A stretch of DNA of 44,575 nt, from assembly GCA_046734915.1 (NCBI GenBank), contig JBKPSC010000231.1, forward strand, positions 1-44,575, written 5' to 3'. The position numbers and the translations under genes are program-made. The notes under the pieces were generated by a model. It searched no databases and was not told where the DNA came from. It saw only the letters and a program-made list of their open reading frames with translations. Of the stretch, positions 1 through 8,016 are shown piece after piece. Every line of letters starts with the position of its first letter. Within the stretch, counting starts at the first letter, position 1. Origin of the DNA: Acidobacteriota bacterium (GTDB lineage Bacteria; Acidobacteriota; Vicinamibacteria; Vicinamibacterales; CAVVIG01).

Positions 1-1345
1 GCTCCTGCCTCCCAGCTTTTCCATCGAGGAGTTTGGACGGCGGCTTCGCGGCGGCCAGACCACCTCCGTCGAGGCGACCGAAGCGTGTCTTCGGGCGATC
101 GACGAGAAAGACGAGGGCCTCAACGCGTTCATTCTGGTAATGGCCGAAGAGAGCCGGCGGCAGGCTCGGCAGGCCGACAGCGATCTCGCCGCGGGACACG
201 ACCGTGGACCCATGCACGGCGTGCCCATCTCGCTGAAGGATTTGATTGACGTTCGCGGCGTCGCGACGACGGCGGCCTCGAATGTCCGCCGCCACGTCGT
301 CGCGGCCAGCGATGCGCCGGTCGTCGTCCATCTGCGGCAGGCAGGTGCTGTCGTCGTCGGCAAGACCAACCTGCACGAGTTCGCGTTTGGCACGACCAAC
401 GAAGACTCCGCCTGGGGGCCGGCAAGGCACCCGTTCGACCCGTCACGATCGCCCGGTGGGTCGAGCGGCGGGTCGGCGGTAAGCGTCGCTTCCGGCATGG
501 CCCTGGCGACGATCGGGACCGATACCGGCGGCTCGATTCGCATTCCGTCCGCGGCCTGTGGGCTGGTGGGACTGAAGCCCACTGCGGGCGAGATCGCGAC
601 GGACGGTGTCGTCCCGTTGTCGCACACGCTTGATCACGTCGGACCGCTCGCGCTGACGGTCGGGGACGCCTGGCACGTGCACCAGGCCCTCCTCGGCCGA
701 TCCGCCAGCCGTCCACTCGTAGCCTCGCCGCTGGCGGGAATGCGGCTGGGCATTCCGCACCGCTATTTTTCGGATGTCCTTGAACCCGGCGTCCGGGCGG
801 CCTTCGACGCAACGGTATCGGCACTCGCGCGGGCTGGCGCGCGGACGGCAACCGTCGACATCGCACACGCGGACTACATCGCCACCATTTACCTGCAGAT
901 TGTGCTCGCCGAGGCGGCCGCATTCCACGCCTCGGCGCTCGAGTCGGTCGGCGATCGGTACACATCGCCCGTGCGACTGCGGCTGGAAATGGCGAGATAT
1001 GTGCTCGCCGAAGACTATCTGCGGGCGCAGGCCGGCCGCGCCGTTCTTCGTCGCGAGATCGACGCCGCACTGGCGTGGCACGACGCGCTCATCCTGCCGA
1101 CGCTGCCGATCGTCGCGCCGAAGATCGGCGAAGCGTCGCTGACCATCGATGGCACCGCCCATCCAGTTCGAAACCTGATGCTCCGGCTCACGCAGCCGTT
1201 CAATATCAGCGGACATCCGGCGGTTTCGCTGCCCTGCGGCAGCGTCGATGGGCTGCCCGTGGGCTTTCAAATCGTCGGCCGCCGGCAGGAGACCGACGCG
1301 CTGATGCGGGTCGCGCTGGCCGCCGAGCGCGCCATCCAGAGTTAA
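1..1345 (+). CDS. Amidase signature family protein (GatA/AtzE-like amidase), 5' end outside the window
   Basis: The frame is open from base 2 (LLPPSFSIEEFGRRLRGGQTTSVEATEACLRAIDEKDEGLNAFI) into the 140..1345 ORF. Motifs GVPISLKD, GKTNLHEFAFG, PGGSSGGSA and GTDTGGSIRIPSAACG (Ser-cisSer-Lys triad). Confidence 0.93.
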   Translation, partial: LLPPSFSIEEFGRRLRGGQTTSVEATEACLRAIDEKDEGLNAFILVMAEESRRQARQADSDLAAGHDRGPMHGVPISLKDLIDVRGVATTAASNVRRHVVAASDAPVVVHLRQAGAVVVGKTNLHEFAFGTTNEDSAWGPARHPFDPSRSPGGSSGGSAVSVASGMALATIGTDTGGSIRIPSAACGLVGLKPTAGEIATDGVVPLSHTLDHVGPLALTVGDAWHVHQALLGRSASRPLVASPLAGMRLGIPHRYFSDVLEPGVRAAFDATVSALARAGARTATVDIAHADYIATIYLQIVLAEAAAFHASALESVGDRYTSPVRLRLEMARYVLAEDYLRAQAGRAVLRREIDAALAWHDALILPTLPIVAPKIGEASLTIDGTAHPVRNLMLRLTQPFNISGHPAVSLPCGSVDGLPVGFQIVGRRQETDALMRVALAAERAIQS

Positions 1346-1373
1346 TCCGTCCCAACGGCTGCACCGTGGGAGG

Positions 1374-1532
1374 CTACATTGGCAGCGGCGGATTCCGCGG
1401 TGGAGGAATGTCCGGTGGTCCCGCCGGAGGAGGAATGTCCGGTGGCGGTACCGGCTTGATGTCCGGCGGTGGTTTGTCTATGGGATCCGGCGGCCGCGGG
1501 AAGTCTGGTTGTTGAGGCTGTTCACTACCCAT
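1374..1532 (-). CDS. Small proline-rich hypothetical protein (52 aa, PPPDI repeats)
   Basis: ATG at 1532, about 20 nt after the DUF1801 stop. MGSEQPQQPDFPRPPDPIDKPPPDIKPVPPPDIPPPAGPPDIPPPRNPPLPM; fills the gap between convergent genes. Confidence 0.55.
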   Translation of the reverse strand: MGSEQPQQPDFPRPPDPIDKPPPDIKPVPPPDIPPPAGPPDIPPPRNPPLPM

Positions 1533-1551
1533 GGCCGTAGCCGTTGCAACA

Positions 1552-2019
1552 TCACGGCCGGAAGCGAAGCACGGCTGTCGAAGCGCTCGGTGCCTTGACA
1601 CGCGTGTCCACGTCGTCGGCTGACGCGCCACGGGGGCGCTTGAGGCCGGCGAGCTTGCGCGCCCGACGCAAATAGACGCGGATTTCGCGGCGATCGAGAT
1701 CGGCGAGCGACTGCAGCTTGATGTGGCGCATGCCCTTCCCCGTTCCCTGCAGCAGGCCAGATGCATCAGGCAGGTCCGCACCCCTCGTAAACGTGAGGTT
1801 GGCGTGCTTGTGGAAAACCGCGATCATGCACACGGCATCTTTGATGACGCGCTCTGTCGGACCATACAGGAGCATGACCTTGTTGCGCATCGCGAAGATG
1901 TATTCGTGACAGGGCGCCATCTCGCTGAGGACGACAGTTCTCAAGCCGAGAGCGAGCGACTGGACCGCCGGATCGTGGCGAAAAAGGAACTCGATGAGCT
2001 CGCGTGGCGGCGTTCTCAT
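1552..2019 (-). CDS. DUF1801 (YdhG-like) domain protein
   Basis: Pattern 'LALGLRTVVL...HANLTFTRGADLPDASGLLQGTGKGMRHIKL' is typical of DUF1801. Confidence 0.8.
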   Translation of the reverse strand: MRTPPRELIEFLFRHDPAVQSLALGLRTVVLSEMAPCHEYIFAMRNKVMLLYGPTERVIKDAVCMIAVFHKHANLTFTRGADLPDASGLLQGTGKGMRHIKLQSLADLDRREIRVYLRRARKLAGLKRPRGASADDVDTRVKAPSASTAVLRFRP

Positions 2020-2044
2020 GGCGCACCCCGCAGTGCGTTGCCGA

Positions 2045-3838
2045 TCAGACCTTCAAACCGACAGCACGCATGAGCTCCAGCGCGTTGCTGTGCTCGACGA
2101 CACCCGGGCGCATACGGTAGTCGAACACCATCGTACCGTTATCGATGCGATCTTCGAAATGAACGTTGACCGCGGCGGCGGCGAGCGAACCGGTGAACGC
2201 CGTCAGCGCAAGATCGTGCGTCGTGATTAGGCCGATGGCGCCGGCCTCGACCAGCGTCCGGACGATGGCTTCGGCACCGATTCGCCGATCGTGGGAGTTG
2301 GTGCCGTGCAGGATTTCGTCGAGGAGAAACAGCAGCGGCAGCGGGCCGGCCGCCAGTTCGACGATGGTCCGTATCCGGAGGATTTCCGCGTAGAACCGCG
2401 AGAGGCCGGCCTGTAGCGAGTCCTCTACGCGCAGCGTCGCGCCGATCGCCAGCAGCGACAGCCTCATCGATGTCGCGCAGACCGGCGCGCCGGCGAGTGC
2501 CAGTACGACGTTGCAGCCGATCGCCCGCAACAGCGTGCTCTTCCCCGACATGTTCGACCCGCTGACCACCAGGACGCGAGGCCAGTCGCCACCCAGTCGT
2601 AGGTCGTTCGGCACCGCCGCGTGACTCACGATGAGCGGGTGAGCCAGTGCTTCGGCCTCGAGCAGCGGCCCCTCTCTCTCGACCGACGGAAACGGGTTTT
2701 CCGGACGCTCGTAGGCGAACGCGGCAAGGCTGCTCAAGGCCTCGAGCTCACCAAGCGCATCCAGCCACGACGCCAGCGCCGCCCCGTGGCGCGCCTGCCA
2801 GCGATCGATGGCGACCGATGCCTGGCTGCGAACGAGCAGCAGCGCGCCGATTGGCGCGAAGAGCGGGTTGTGCAACGAGTCGAGGGCAGAGACGAATGTC
2901 TGCAGTCGCTTGAGACAAGCCGACGGGGCGACACCTTCCCGCATCAGCCGGCGATGAATGCCGACGAGCCTTGGCGATGAGAAAGCCTCACCCTCGACCC
3001 GCGCCAGGAGCGCGACGAGCAGGCGCAGGTCGAGCGAAGGCGCCTCGATGCGGTGAGTGGCCTCGGCAATCTGCTGGCGCCAGACGGCGACGAGGCCCAT
3101 TTGGAGGAGCAGCCAAGCCAGTGGAATCCAGACGTCCACCAGATCGGCTAAGGCCAGCGCAATGGTCGCCGCCGTGCCCGCAGCCGACACAGCGAAGAGC
3201 GCTCCGGCGATTGCTGGCAGGCCGAGCGGCGACGTCCGGGCCCACTGATCCAAGGCGGATGTACGTCCGACGTGGGTCTCGGCGGCGAGCACCGCGAGGT
3301 CTTCTCGGAAGTCGAGCCGGCCGCGCAACTCCTGGACACCCTGCTGCCGTCCCTGGATCTCGTCGACGTCGGCAGGAGCCCGAAGCCAGTCGGCGAGGGT
3401 CTCCTCGCCCGCTTCGGTTCGCGCCGTCGTCAGCAATTGGAAGAGAGAGCCCGACCCGAAAAGATCCAGGTCGCGAACGTACGGGTGTTCGGTCGCGAAG
3501 CGGGCACCGTCCGGTCCGGTGCCAACCCATTTACCGTCCATGCGCTCGAGCCCTCGCACGTACAGTCGCTTCGCCCGCGCTGCGCGCTCGTTGCGCTGCA
3601 ACACCAGGGCGTGGACCACGACCAACGCAAGGAACAGCACTGCCGGCGCGATGAACGTGATGATCGGCCCGGTACCACGGATGAACACCAGCCACCCGGT
3701 GAAAGCGGCCACCCCCGCCACCGCCAGACGCAGATTGGAGATGCGGATGTGCTGGCGATCGCCTCTGGCGATGCGCTCGTCCCACAGCGCAATGCGACGC
3801 TGGTACTCGGCGCGTGGACCTGCCGCGCCTGTGGTCAC
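2045..3838 (-). CDS. MutS-related ATPase (domain V only) with N-terminal transmembrane segments
   Basis: Walker A SGSNMSGKSTLLR, SRFYAEI, Walker B LFLLDEILHGTN, ITTHDL. Hydrophobic helices near the N-terminus and mid-protein. GTG at 3838 overlaps the upstream TGA (GTGA). Confidence 0.88.
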   Translation of the reverse strand: MTTGAAGPRAEYQRRIALWDERIARGDRQHIRISNLRLAVAGVAAFTGWLVFIRGTGPIITFIAPAVLFLALVVVHALVLQRNERAARAKRLYVRGLERMDGKWVGTGPDGARFATEHPYVRDLDLFGSGSLFQLLTTARTEAGEETLADWLRAPADVDEIQGRQQGVQELRGRLDFREDLAVLAAETHVGRTSALDQWARTSPLGLPAIAGALFAVSAAGTAATIALALADLVDVWIPLAWLLLQMGLVAVWRQQIAEATHRIEAPSLDLRLLVALLARVEGEAFSSPRLVGIHRRLMREGVAPSACLKRLQTFVSALDSLHNPLFAPIGALLLVRSQASVAIDRWQARHGAALASWLDALGELEALSSLAAFAYERPENPFPSVEREGPLLEAEALAHPLIVSHAAVPNDLRLGGDWPRVLVVSGSNMSGKSTLLRAIGCNVVLALAGAPVCATSMRLSLLAIGATLRVEDSLQAGLSRFYAEILRIRTIVELAAGPLPLLFLLDEILHGTNSHDRRIGAEAIVRTLVEAGAIGLITTHDLALTAFTGSLAAAAVNVHFEDRIDNGTMVFDYRMRPGVVEHSNALELMRAVGLKV

Positions 3839-4839
3839 GACGTTCGCGTGAGCAGCTCGCGTGCGATCCGGACGTTGCCGTCGATGGCGCCCTGCAGTTC
3901 GTCGACGGCGATCCACTCATTGGCTGTGTGCGCCAGGTGGATCGACCCCGGACCGTACAGCAGCGGCTGACCCCAGCGATTCAGGAATGGAATGTCGGTC
4001 GTGTACGGGAACACCGCCGAGTCGAAGCCAGGTACCGTCGTCATGCGGACGGGAGGGACTTCAAGGACGTGCTCGATGTTGACACGAGACTCGAGGGGCG
4101 CGATGGCGCGGCGAATCTCGCTGGCGTCCGAAACCGTCCGGAACAGCACTTCAGCCTCGGCCGATGGCGACACGACGTTGGGTGCCACGCCGCCGACGAT
4201 GAGACCGACCGTATAGTGTGTGCGCCCCAGGATCGAATCTTCAGGCAGGGCCATGGCCCGCAGCGCGACCAGCGCGTCAATGAGCTTGTCGATCGCCGAT
4301 TCGCCCAGCTCGGGAAACGATGAGTGCGCTGCGCGCCCGGATGCGCGCAGCCGGAGCCTGAGCAGACCGCGGGTGGCCACGCCGAGCCGCAGGTCCGTCG
4401 GCTCACCGTCGACCAGATACTCGCATCCGCTCGTCGTACGGTTCGCGACGCGCGCGCCGTCGCTGCCGCGCTCCTCGCCGACCACGAACAGCAGGCCGGC
4501 TCGCGTTTCGCCTTCGCTGCGAAGATGTTCGACGGCGGCAACCTGCGCCGCCAGAATGCCTTTGGCGTCGCAGGCGCCACGGCCGTAGATGCGGCCGCCG
4601 TCGACGCGGCTCGGAAAGAATGGCGGCACGCAGTCGTAATGCGTGGAGAAGACGACCTTCGGGGAGCCTACTGTGGCCAGCACGTTGAAGCGCGTCTCGT
4701 CGACGCGTTGCTCGGCGACCTCGTAACCGAGGTCCTTCAAATACTGGGAGAGCCAGCGTCCAGCCTGTCCTTCGCGTCCGGTCGTCGAGTCGATGTCGAC
4801 GAGCGATCGCGTCAGCTGAATGACGTCGCTAATGGTCAC
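3835..4839 (-). CDS. M20 family deacylase (ArgE/DapE-like; probable acyl-diaminopimelate deacylase by context)
   Basis: STHYDCVPP, GRGACDAKG, VGEERGSDGA, DGEPT, GRAAHSS, YGPGSIHLAHT. Start at GTG 4839, 2 nt after the dapA stop. Confidence 0.85.
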   Translation of the reverse strand: MTISDVIQLTRSLVDIDSTTGREGQAGRWLSQYLKDLGYEVAEQRVDETRFNVLATVGSPKVVFSTHYDCVPPFFPSRVDGGRIYGRGACDAKGILAAQVAAVEHLRSEGETRAGLLFVVGEERGSDGARVANRTTSGCEYLVDGEPTDLRLGVATRGLLRLRLRASGRAAHSSFPELGESAIDKLIDALVALRAMALPEDSILGRTHYTVGLIVGGVAPNVVSPSAEAEVLFRTVSDASEIRRAIAPLESRVNIEHVLEVPPVRMTTVPGFDSAVFPYTTDIPFLNRWGQPLLYGPGSIHLAHTANEWIAVDELQGAIDGNVRIARELLTRTS

Positions 4840-4841
4840 AA

Positions 4842-5744
4842 TCAGTGGACCACCACAGCCTTGACCAGATCGAGGGACTTCAGCACCTTGAGAATCCGGT
4901 CCTTCGAATCCTGCCGCGGCGACACCATCGGCAGTCGATACACCTCCTCGAGAAGCCCCATCGCCGCCATCGCCGCCTTGACGGGGCCGGGGTTCGACTC
5001 GACGAAGTTCACCTGCATCAGCGGCAGCAGGCGGTCGTGCATCGCGCGGGCTGCGCTGAAGTCGCCGTGCTCGGCCGCCTCGACCATCTGGACCATCTCT
5101 GCGGGCACCTGATTCGACGCGACCGAGATCACGCCGCGGCCGCCGATCGCCATCAGCGGCAGCGTGATCGCATCGTCGCCCGACAGCACGATGAACTCGG
5201 ACGGAACGAGGTGGCAGATCTCGCACATCTGTGAGATGTTGCCCGACGCTTCCTTGACCCCGACGATGTTGGGCAGCGCGGCCAGCCGCGCCACGGTCGA
5301 CGGCTCGATGTTCACGCCGGTGCGGCTCGGAACGTTGTAAAGAACGATCGGCAGCGGCGTGCTGTCGGCAATAGCCCGGAAGTGCTGATACAGACCTTCC
5401 TGGGTCGGTTTGTTGTAGTAGGGAGCCACCGACAGCAGGCCTGAGGCGCCGGCCCTCAGCATCTCTGACGCCAGATGGATGATCTCGCGCGTGTCGTAGC
5501 CGCCGGCGCCGGCCAGCACGGGCACCTGGCCGCCGGCTTCATCGACGAGGATTTCGACAATGCGCACCCGCTCCTCGAGCGTGAGCGTTGGGTTCTCTCC
5601 AGTCGTGCCGCAGGGCACGACGAAGTGAATGCCGGCGTCGACCTGCCGGCGACCCAGGCTGCGGACCGCCTTCTCATCGAGATCGCCGGATGACGTGAAA
5701 GGAGTGACGAGCGCGGTACCCACGCCGGTCCATCTGGTTCTCAT
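4842..5744 (-). CDS. dapA: 4-hydroxy-tetrahydrodipicolinate synthase
   Basis: TALVTPF, CGTTGE, PYYNKPTQEG, LYNVPSRTG, GVKEASG (Schiff-base Lys), SGDD, ESNPGPVK. Confidence 0.97.
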   Translation of the reverse strand: MRTRWTGVGTALVTPFTSSGDLDEKAVRSLGRRQVDAGIHFVVPCGTTGENPTLTLEERVRIVEILVDEAGGQVPVLAGAGGYDTREIIHLASEMLRAGASGLLSVAPYYNKPTQEGLYQHFRAIADSTPLPIVLYNVPSRTGVNIEPSTVARLAALPNIVGVKEASGNISQMCEICHLVPSEFIVLSGDDAITLPLMAIGGRGVISVASNQVPAEMVQMVEAAEHGDFSAARAMHDRLLPLMQVNFVESNPGPVKAAMAAMGLLEEVYRLPMVSPRQDSKDRILKVLKSLDLVKAVVVH

Positions 5745-5745
5745 A

Positions 5746-5828
5746 GGCCTCTCCAGGCTTCAGGCTCCGGGCTTCAGGCTTCAGGTGCTTCCGGAATCGA
5801 ATTCTGAACTCTGAACTCTGAATTCTGC
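5746..5828. repeat. Two adjacent 7-mer tandem arrays: ~(CAGGCTT)x4-5, then ~(CTCTGAA)x4
   Basis: ctccaggcttcaggctccgggcttcaggcttcagg ... gaattctgaactctgaactctgaattctg, between dapB and dapA. Confidence 0.85.
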
Positions 5829-5832
5829 ATCG

Positions 5833-6537
5833 TCATGTTCCACGCAATCCCAGCACGTCCTGCATGTCGAACCAGCCGCGCTTGCCCTGCACCCACCGGG
5901 CGGCGACCAGCGCGCCGCGGGCGAAAGCGCCTCGATCGCGCGCAGTGTGGGTCAGCGTGATCGAATCCGACGGCCCCTCGAAGCCGACCGTGTGCGTGCC
6001 GGGGATCGAACCGGCGCGCGTGCTGGAGACATCGATGGCGCGCTCATAACCGGCAGCTTCCATCGTGCGCTTGAGCAGCAGCGCGGTCCCGGATGGCGCA
6101 TCCTTCTTGGTCGAATGATGCGCTTCGTGCAGCCAGGCGCCAAACTCGGCCTGCTCGGCGAACCGCCGCGCCGCGAAGCGTACGAGGGCCTCGAAGATCA
6201 CGACGCCGGTCGCGAAGTTCGGAGCCGCCACGATGCCGGCTCCGGCATCGGCGACCGCCCGACGAAGCACCGCCTCGTGCTGCTGCCAGCCGGTGGTGCC
6301 GAGGACGACGTTGAGGCCACGCCGGGCGAGGGCCGGCACGTTCGACACGACGGCATCGCCGAGCGAGAAGTCGATGGCGACGTCCGCGAATCCCCGCCAC
6401 CGGTCGTCGTCGGCGGCGCCTGTATGCGACGGCGACTCCGGGTCGATGACCCCGACGACTTCACCGCCATATCCACCGGCGAGCTCGCCAACCAGTCGGC
6501 CCATTCGGCCGTATCCGACGAGAACGATGCGCATCAC
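5833..6537 (-). CDS. dapB: 4-hydroxy-tetrahydrodipicolinate reductase
   Basis: GYGRMG Rossmann motif, DVAIDFS, VLGTTGW, APNF, EAHHSTKKDAPSGTA, IPGTHTV, HTARDRGAFARGA. Confidence 0.96.
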   Translation of the reverse strand: MMRIVLVGYGRMGRLVGELAGGYGGEVVGVIDPESPSHTGAADDDRWRGFADVAIDFSLGDAVVSNVPALARRGLNVVLGTTGWQQHEAVLRRAVADAGAGIVAAPNFATGVVIFEALVRFAARRFAEQAEFGAWLHEAHHSTKKDAPSGTALLLKRTMEAAGYERAIDVSSTRAGSIPGTHTVGFEGPSDSITLTHTARDRGAFARGALVAARWVQGKRGWFDMQDVLGLRGT

Positions 6538-6545
6538 CGCACGCT

Positions 6546-6592
6546 TTCAATCTGCAACCAATCTTCAATCTTCAATCTTCAAATCTGCAATT
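6546..6592. repeat. Degenerate 7-mer tandem array (TTCAATC)n
   Basis: ttcaatctgcaaccaatcttcaatcttcaatcttcaaatctgcaatt, between asd and dapB. Confidence 0.75.
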
Positions 6593-7632
6593 CAAAGGAT
6601 ACCTTGCTTGTGCATCAGCTCCGCGTTCAGAATCGCCGCGCCGGCCGCGCCGCGAATCGTGTTGTGGCCGAGGGCCACGAACTTGTAATCGAACAGCGGA
6701 CAGGGCCGGAGCCGACCAACGGTGACCGTCATCCCACCGTCCCGGTTGGCGTCGAGAATCGGCTGCGGGCGGTTCTGCTCGGTCAGATAGACGATGGGCT
6801 GTCTTGGCGCGGACGGAAGCTCGAGCTTCTGCGGCTCACCGCGGAATGAGTTCCACGCGTCGATGATGGCTTCGGGCACGGGTTTCTGGTCGAGCGCCAC
6901 GGAAATCGATCCAGTGTGGCCATTCTGAACGGGGACGCGCGTCGTCGTCGCGCTCAGCCGCACCGGATGGTGTGCAACGGCATTCCCCTTGAGCGTGCCC
7001 AGGATCTTCTGTGTTTCGGTTTCGACCTTCTCCTCTTCGCCCCCGCCAATGTGCGGAATGATGTTGCCGAGGATGTCCCACGACGGGACGCCCGGGTAAC
7101 CGGCGCCGGAAATCGCCTGCAACGTGGTGACGATGGTGCGCGTCAGCCCGAACTGGCGCAGCGGCGCCAGTGCCATCGCCAGCACAACAGCCGCGCAATT
7201 CGGGTTCGTGACGATGCTGCCCTTCCATCCCATCGCAGCGCTCTGCGCCTTCAGCAGCGCGAGGTGATCCGCGTTGACCTCGGGAATCAGCAACGGAACC
7301 GTCGATTCCATGCGGTAGTTACGCGAATTGCTGACCACGATGTGGCCGGCGGCGGCGAACGCCGCCTCGATCTCACCGGCGACCGAGGAGTCGAGACCCG
7401 AAAACACCAGCTTGGGCGCGTTGCCAGGCGCCGCCGCTTCGACGACTTTCCTGGCGACGTCGTCGCGAAGTGGTGATGCGAGACGCCAGGCGGCGGCGTC
7501 ACGGAACGCCTTGCCCTCGGATCGCTGGCTGGCGCCGAGCCAGTCGACCCGGAACCACGGGTGGTCGGCGAGAAGTGCGATGAATTGCTGGCCGACCATG
7601 CCGGTCGCGCCAAGAATGCCCACGGGAATCAT
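6592..7632 (-). CDS. asd: Aspartate-semialdehyde dehydrogenase (archaeal/eukaryotic-type)
   Basis: GILGATGMVGQ, PLLIPEVNADH, NPNC (catalytic Cys), QAISGAGYPGVPS, RVPVQNGHT, LGHNTIRGAAG. Confidence 0.97.
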   Translation of the reverse strand: MIPVGILGATGMVGQQFIALLADHPWFRVDWLGASQRSEGKAFRDAAAWRLASPLRDDVARKVVEAAAPGNAPKLVFSGLDSSVAGEIEAAFAAAGHIVVSNSRNYRMESTVPLLIPEVNADHLALLKAQSAAMGWKGSIVTNPNCAAVVLAMALAPLRQFGLTRTIVTTLQAISGAGYPGVPSWDILGNIIPHIGGGEEEKVETETQKILGTLKGNAVAHHPVRLSATTTRVPVQNGHTGSISVALDQKPVPEAIIDAWNSFRGEPQKLELPSAPRQPIVYLTEQNRPQPILDANRDGGMTVTVGRLRPCPLFDYKFVALGHNTIRGAAGAAILNAELMHKQGIL

Positions 7633-7697
7633 ATGGATCGTCCTCTGAAAAAGTGAAGGTCGGGATTGCGGCGGGTGCCGAAGCGGCGGCCGCAGTC

Positions 7698-7731
7698 AAA
7701 AAAAAAGCCGACGCGGAAGGCCCGTGTCGGC
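7698..7731 (-). terminator. Intrinsic terminator inside the asd operon 5' leader (attenuator terminator)
   Basis: Minus strand GCCGAC-ACGG-GCCTT-CCGC-GTCGGC followed by 9 U, about 65 nt upstream of the asd ATG and downstream of the promoter. Confidence 0.88.
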
Positions 7732-7759
7732 AGTCAAAGTGCTCGGATCGCGTCGAGAC

Positions 7760-7840
7760 TCAGTTTTCGAGCAGCATGCCTCCGACAGGGGTGACCCGCT
7801 TTCGACCAGTGCACTTTCGAGTAAGGAGTCGGAGGCGCAT
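7760..7840 (-). CDS. Putative leader peptide MRLRLLTRKCTGRKRVTPVGGMLLEN (26 aa)
   Basis: ATG lies 10 nt downstream of the TATACT -10 box with no SD (near-leaderless). The ORF spans segments 1 and 2 and stops before the terminator. Confidence 0.45.
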   Translation of the reverse strand: MRLRLLTRKCTGRKRVTPVGGMLLEN

Positions 7841-7850
7841 GCGACTTAGT

Positions 7851-7879
7851 AGTATACGAAGGCCTTTCACAAAGGTCAA
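7851..7879 (-). promoter_or_regulatory. Sigma70-type promoter of the asd-dap operon
   Basis: Minus strand TTGACC-17 nt-TATACT. The spacer contains the palindrome CCTTT-N3-AAAGG (7863-7875). Confidence 0.8.
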
Positions 7880-8016
7880 TCGAGCGCGCTGTCTCCGCGC
7901 AGGAAAGGCCCTTCGCCCGGGCTAGAATTGTGCTTCATCTTCAAGGCCGAACGTTCGGCGATTCCTGCCGGTTGGCTTCGTGCCGACGGCGCCGACTGGC
8001 AGCAGCGAGATCCTGT

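Larger units (their letters stand above)
7698..7845 (-). promoter_or_regulatory. Structured leader / candidate transcription attenuator of the asd-dap operon
   Basis: Helix 1:2 (7828-7836 with 7778-7786, 9 bp), alternative helix 2:3 (CCCCTGTCGG 7782-7791 with CCGACACGGG 7721-7730, 9 of 10 bp), terminator helix 3:4, and an extra hairpin TGCTCG/CGAGCA (7740-7773). Confidence 0.75.

Noticed and set aside
1-1345. Calling the amidase gatA
   Set aside because: It has HEFAFG rather than DEFAMG and lacks the GatA-specific SNLARYDG and EVKRRI segments; treated as a generic amidase.
7698-7845. Canonical lysine riboswitch, T-box or SAM-I riboswitch upstream of asd
   Set aside because: No AGAGG-type lysine aptamer start, no T-box GGTGGNACC motif and no SAM-I ATC...GAT core seen; the region before the terminator (~110 nt) is shorter than a typical lysine aptamer.
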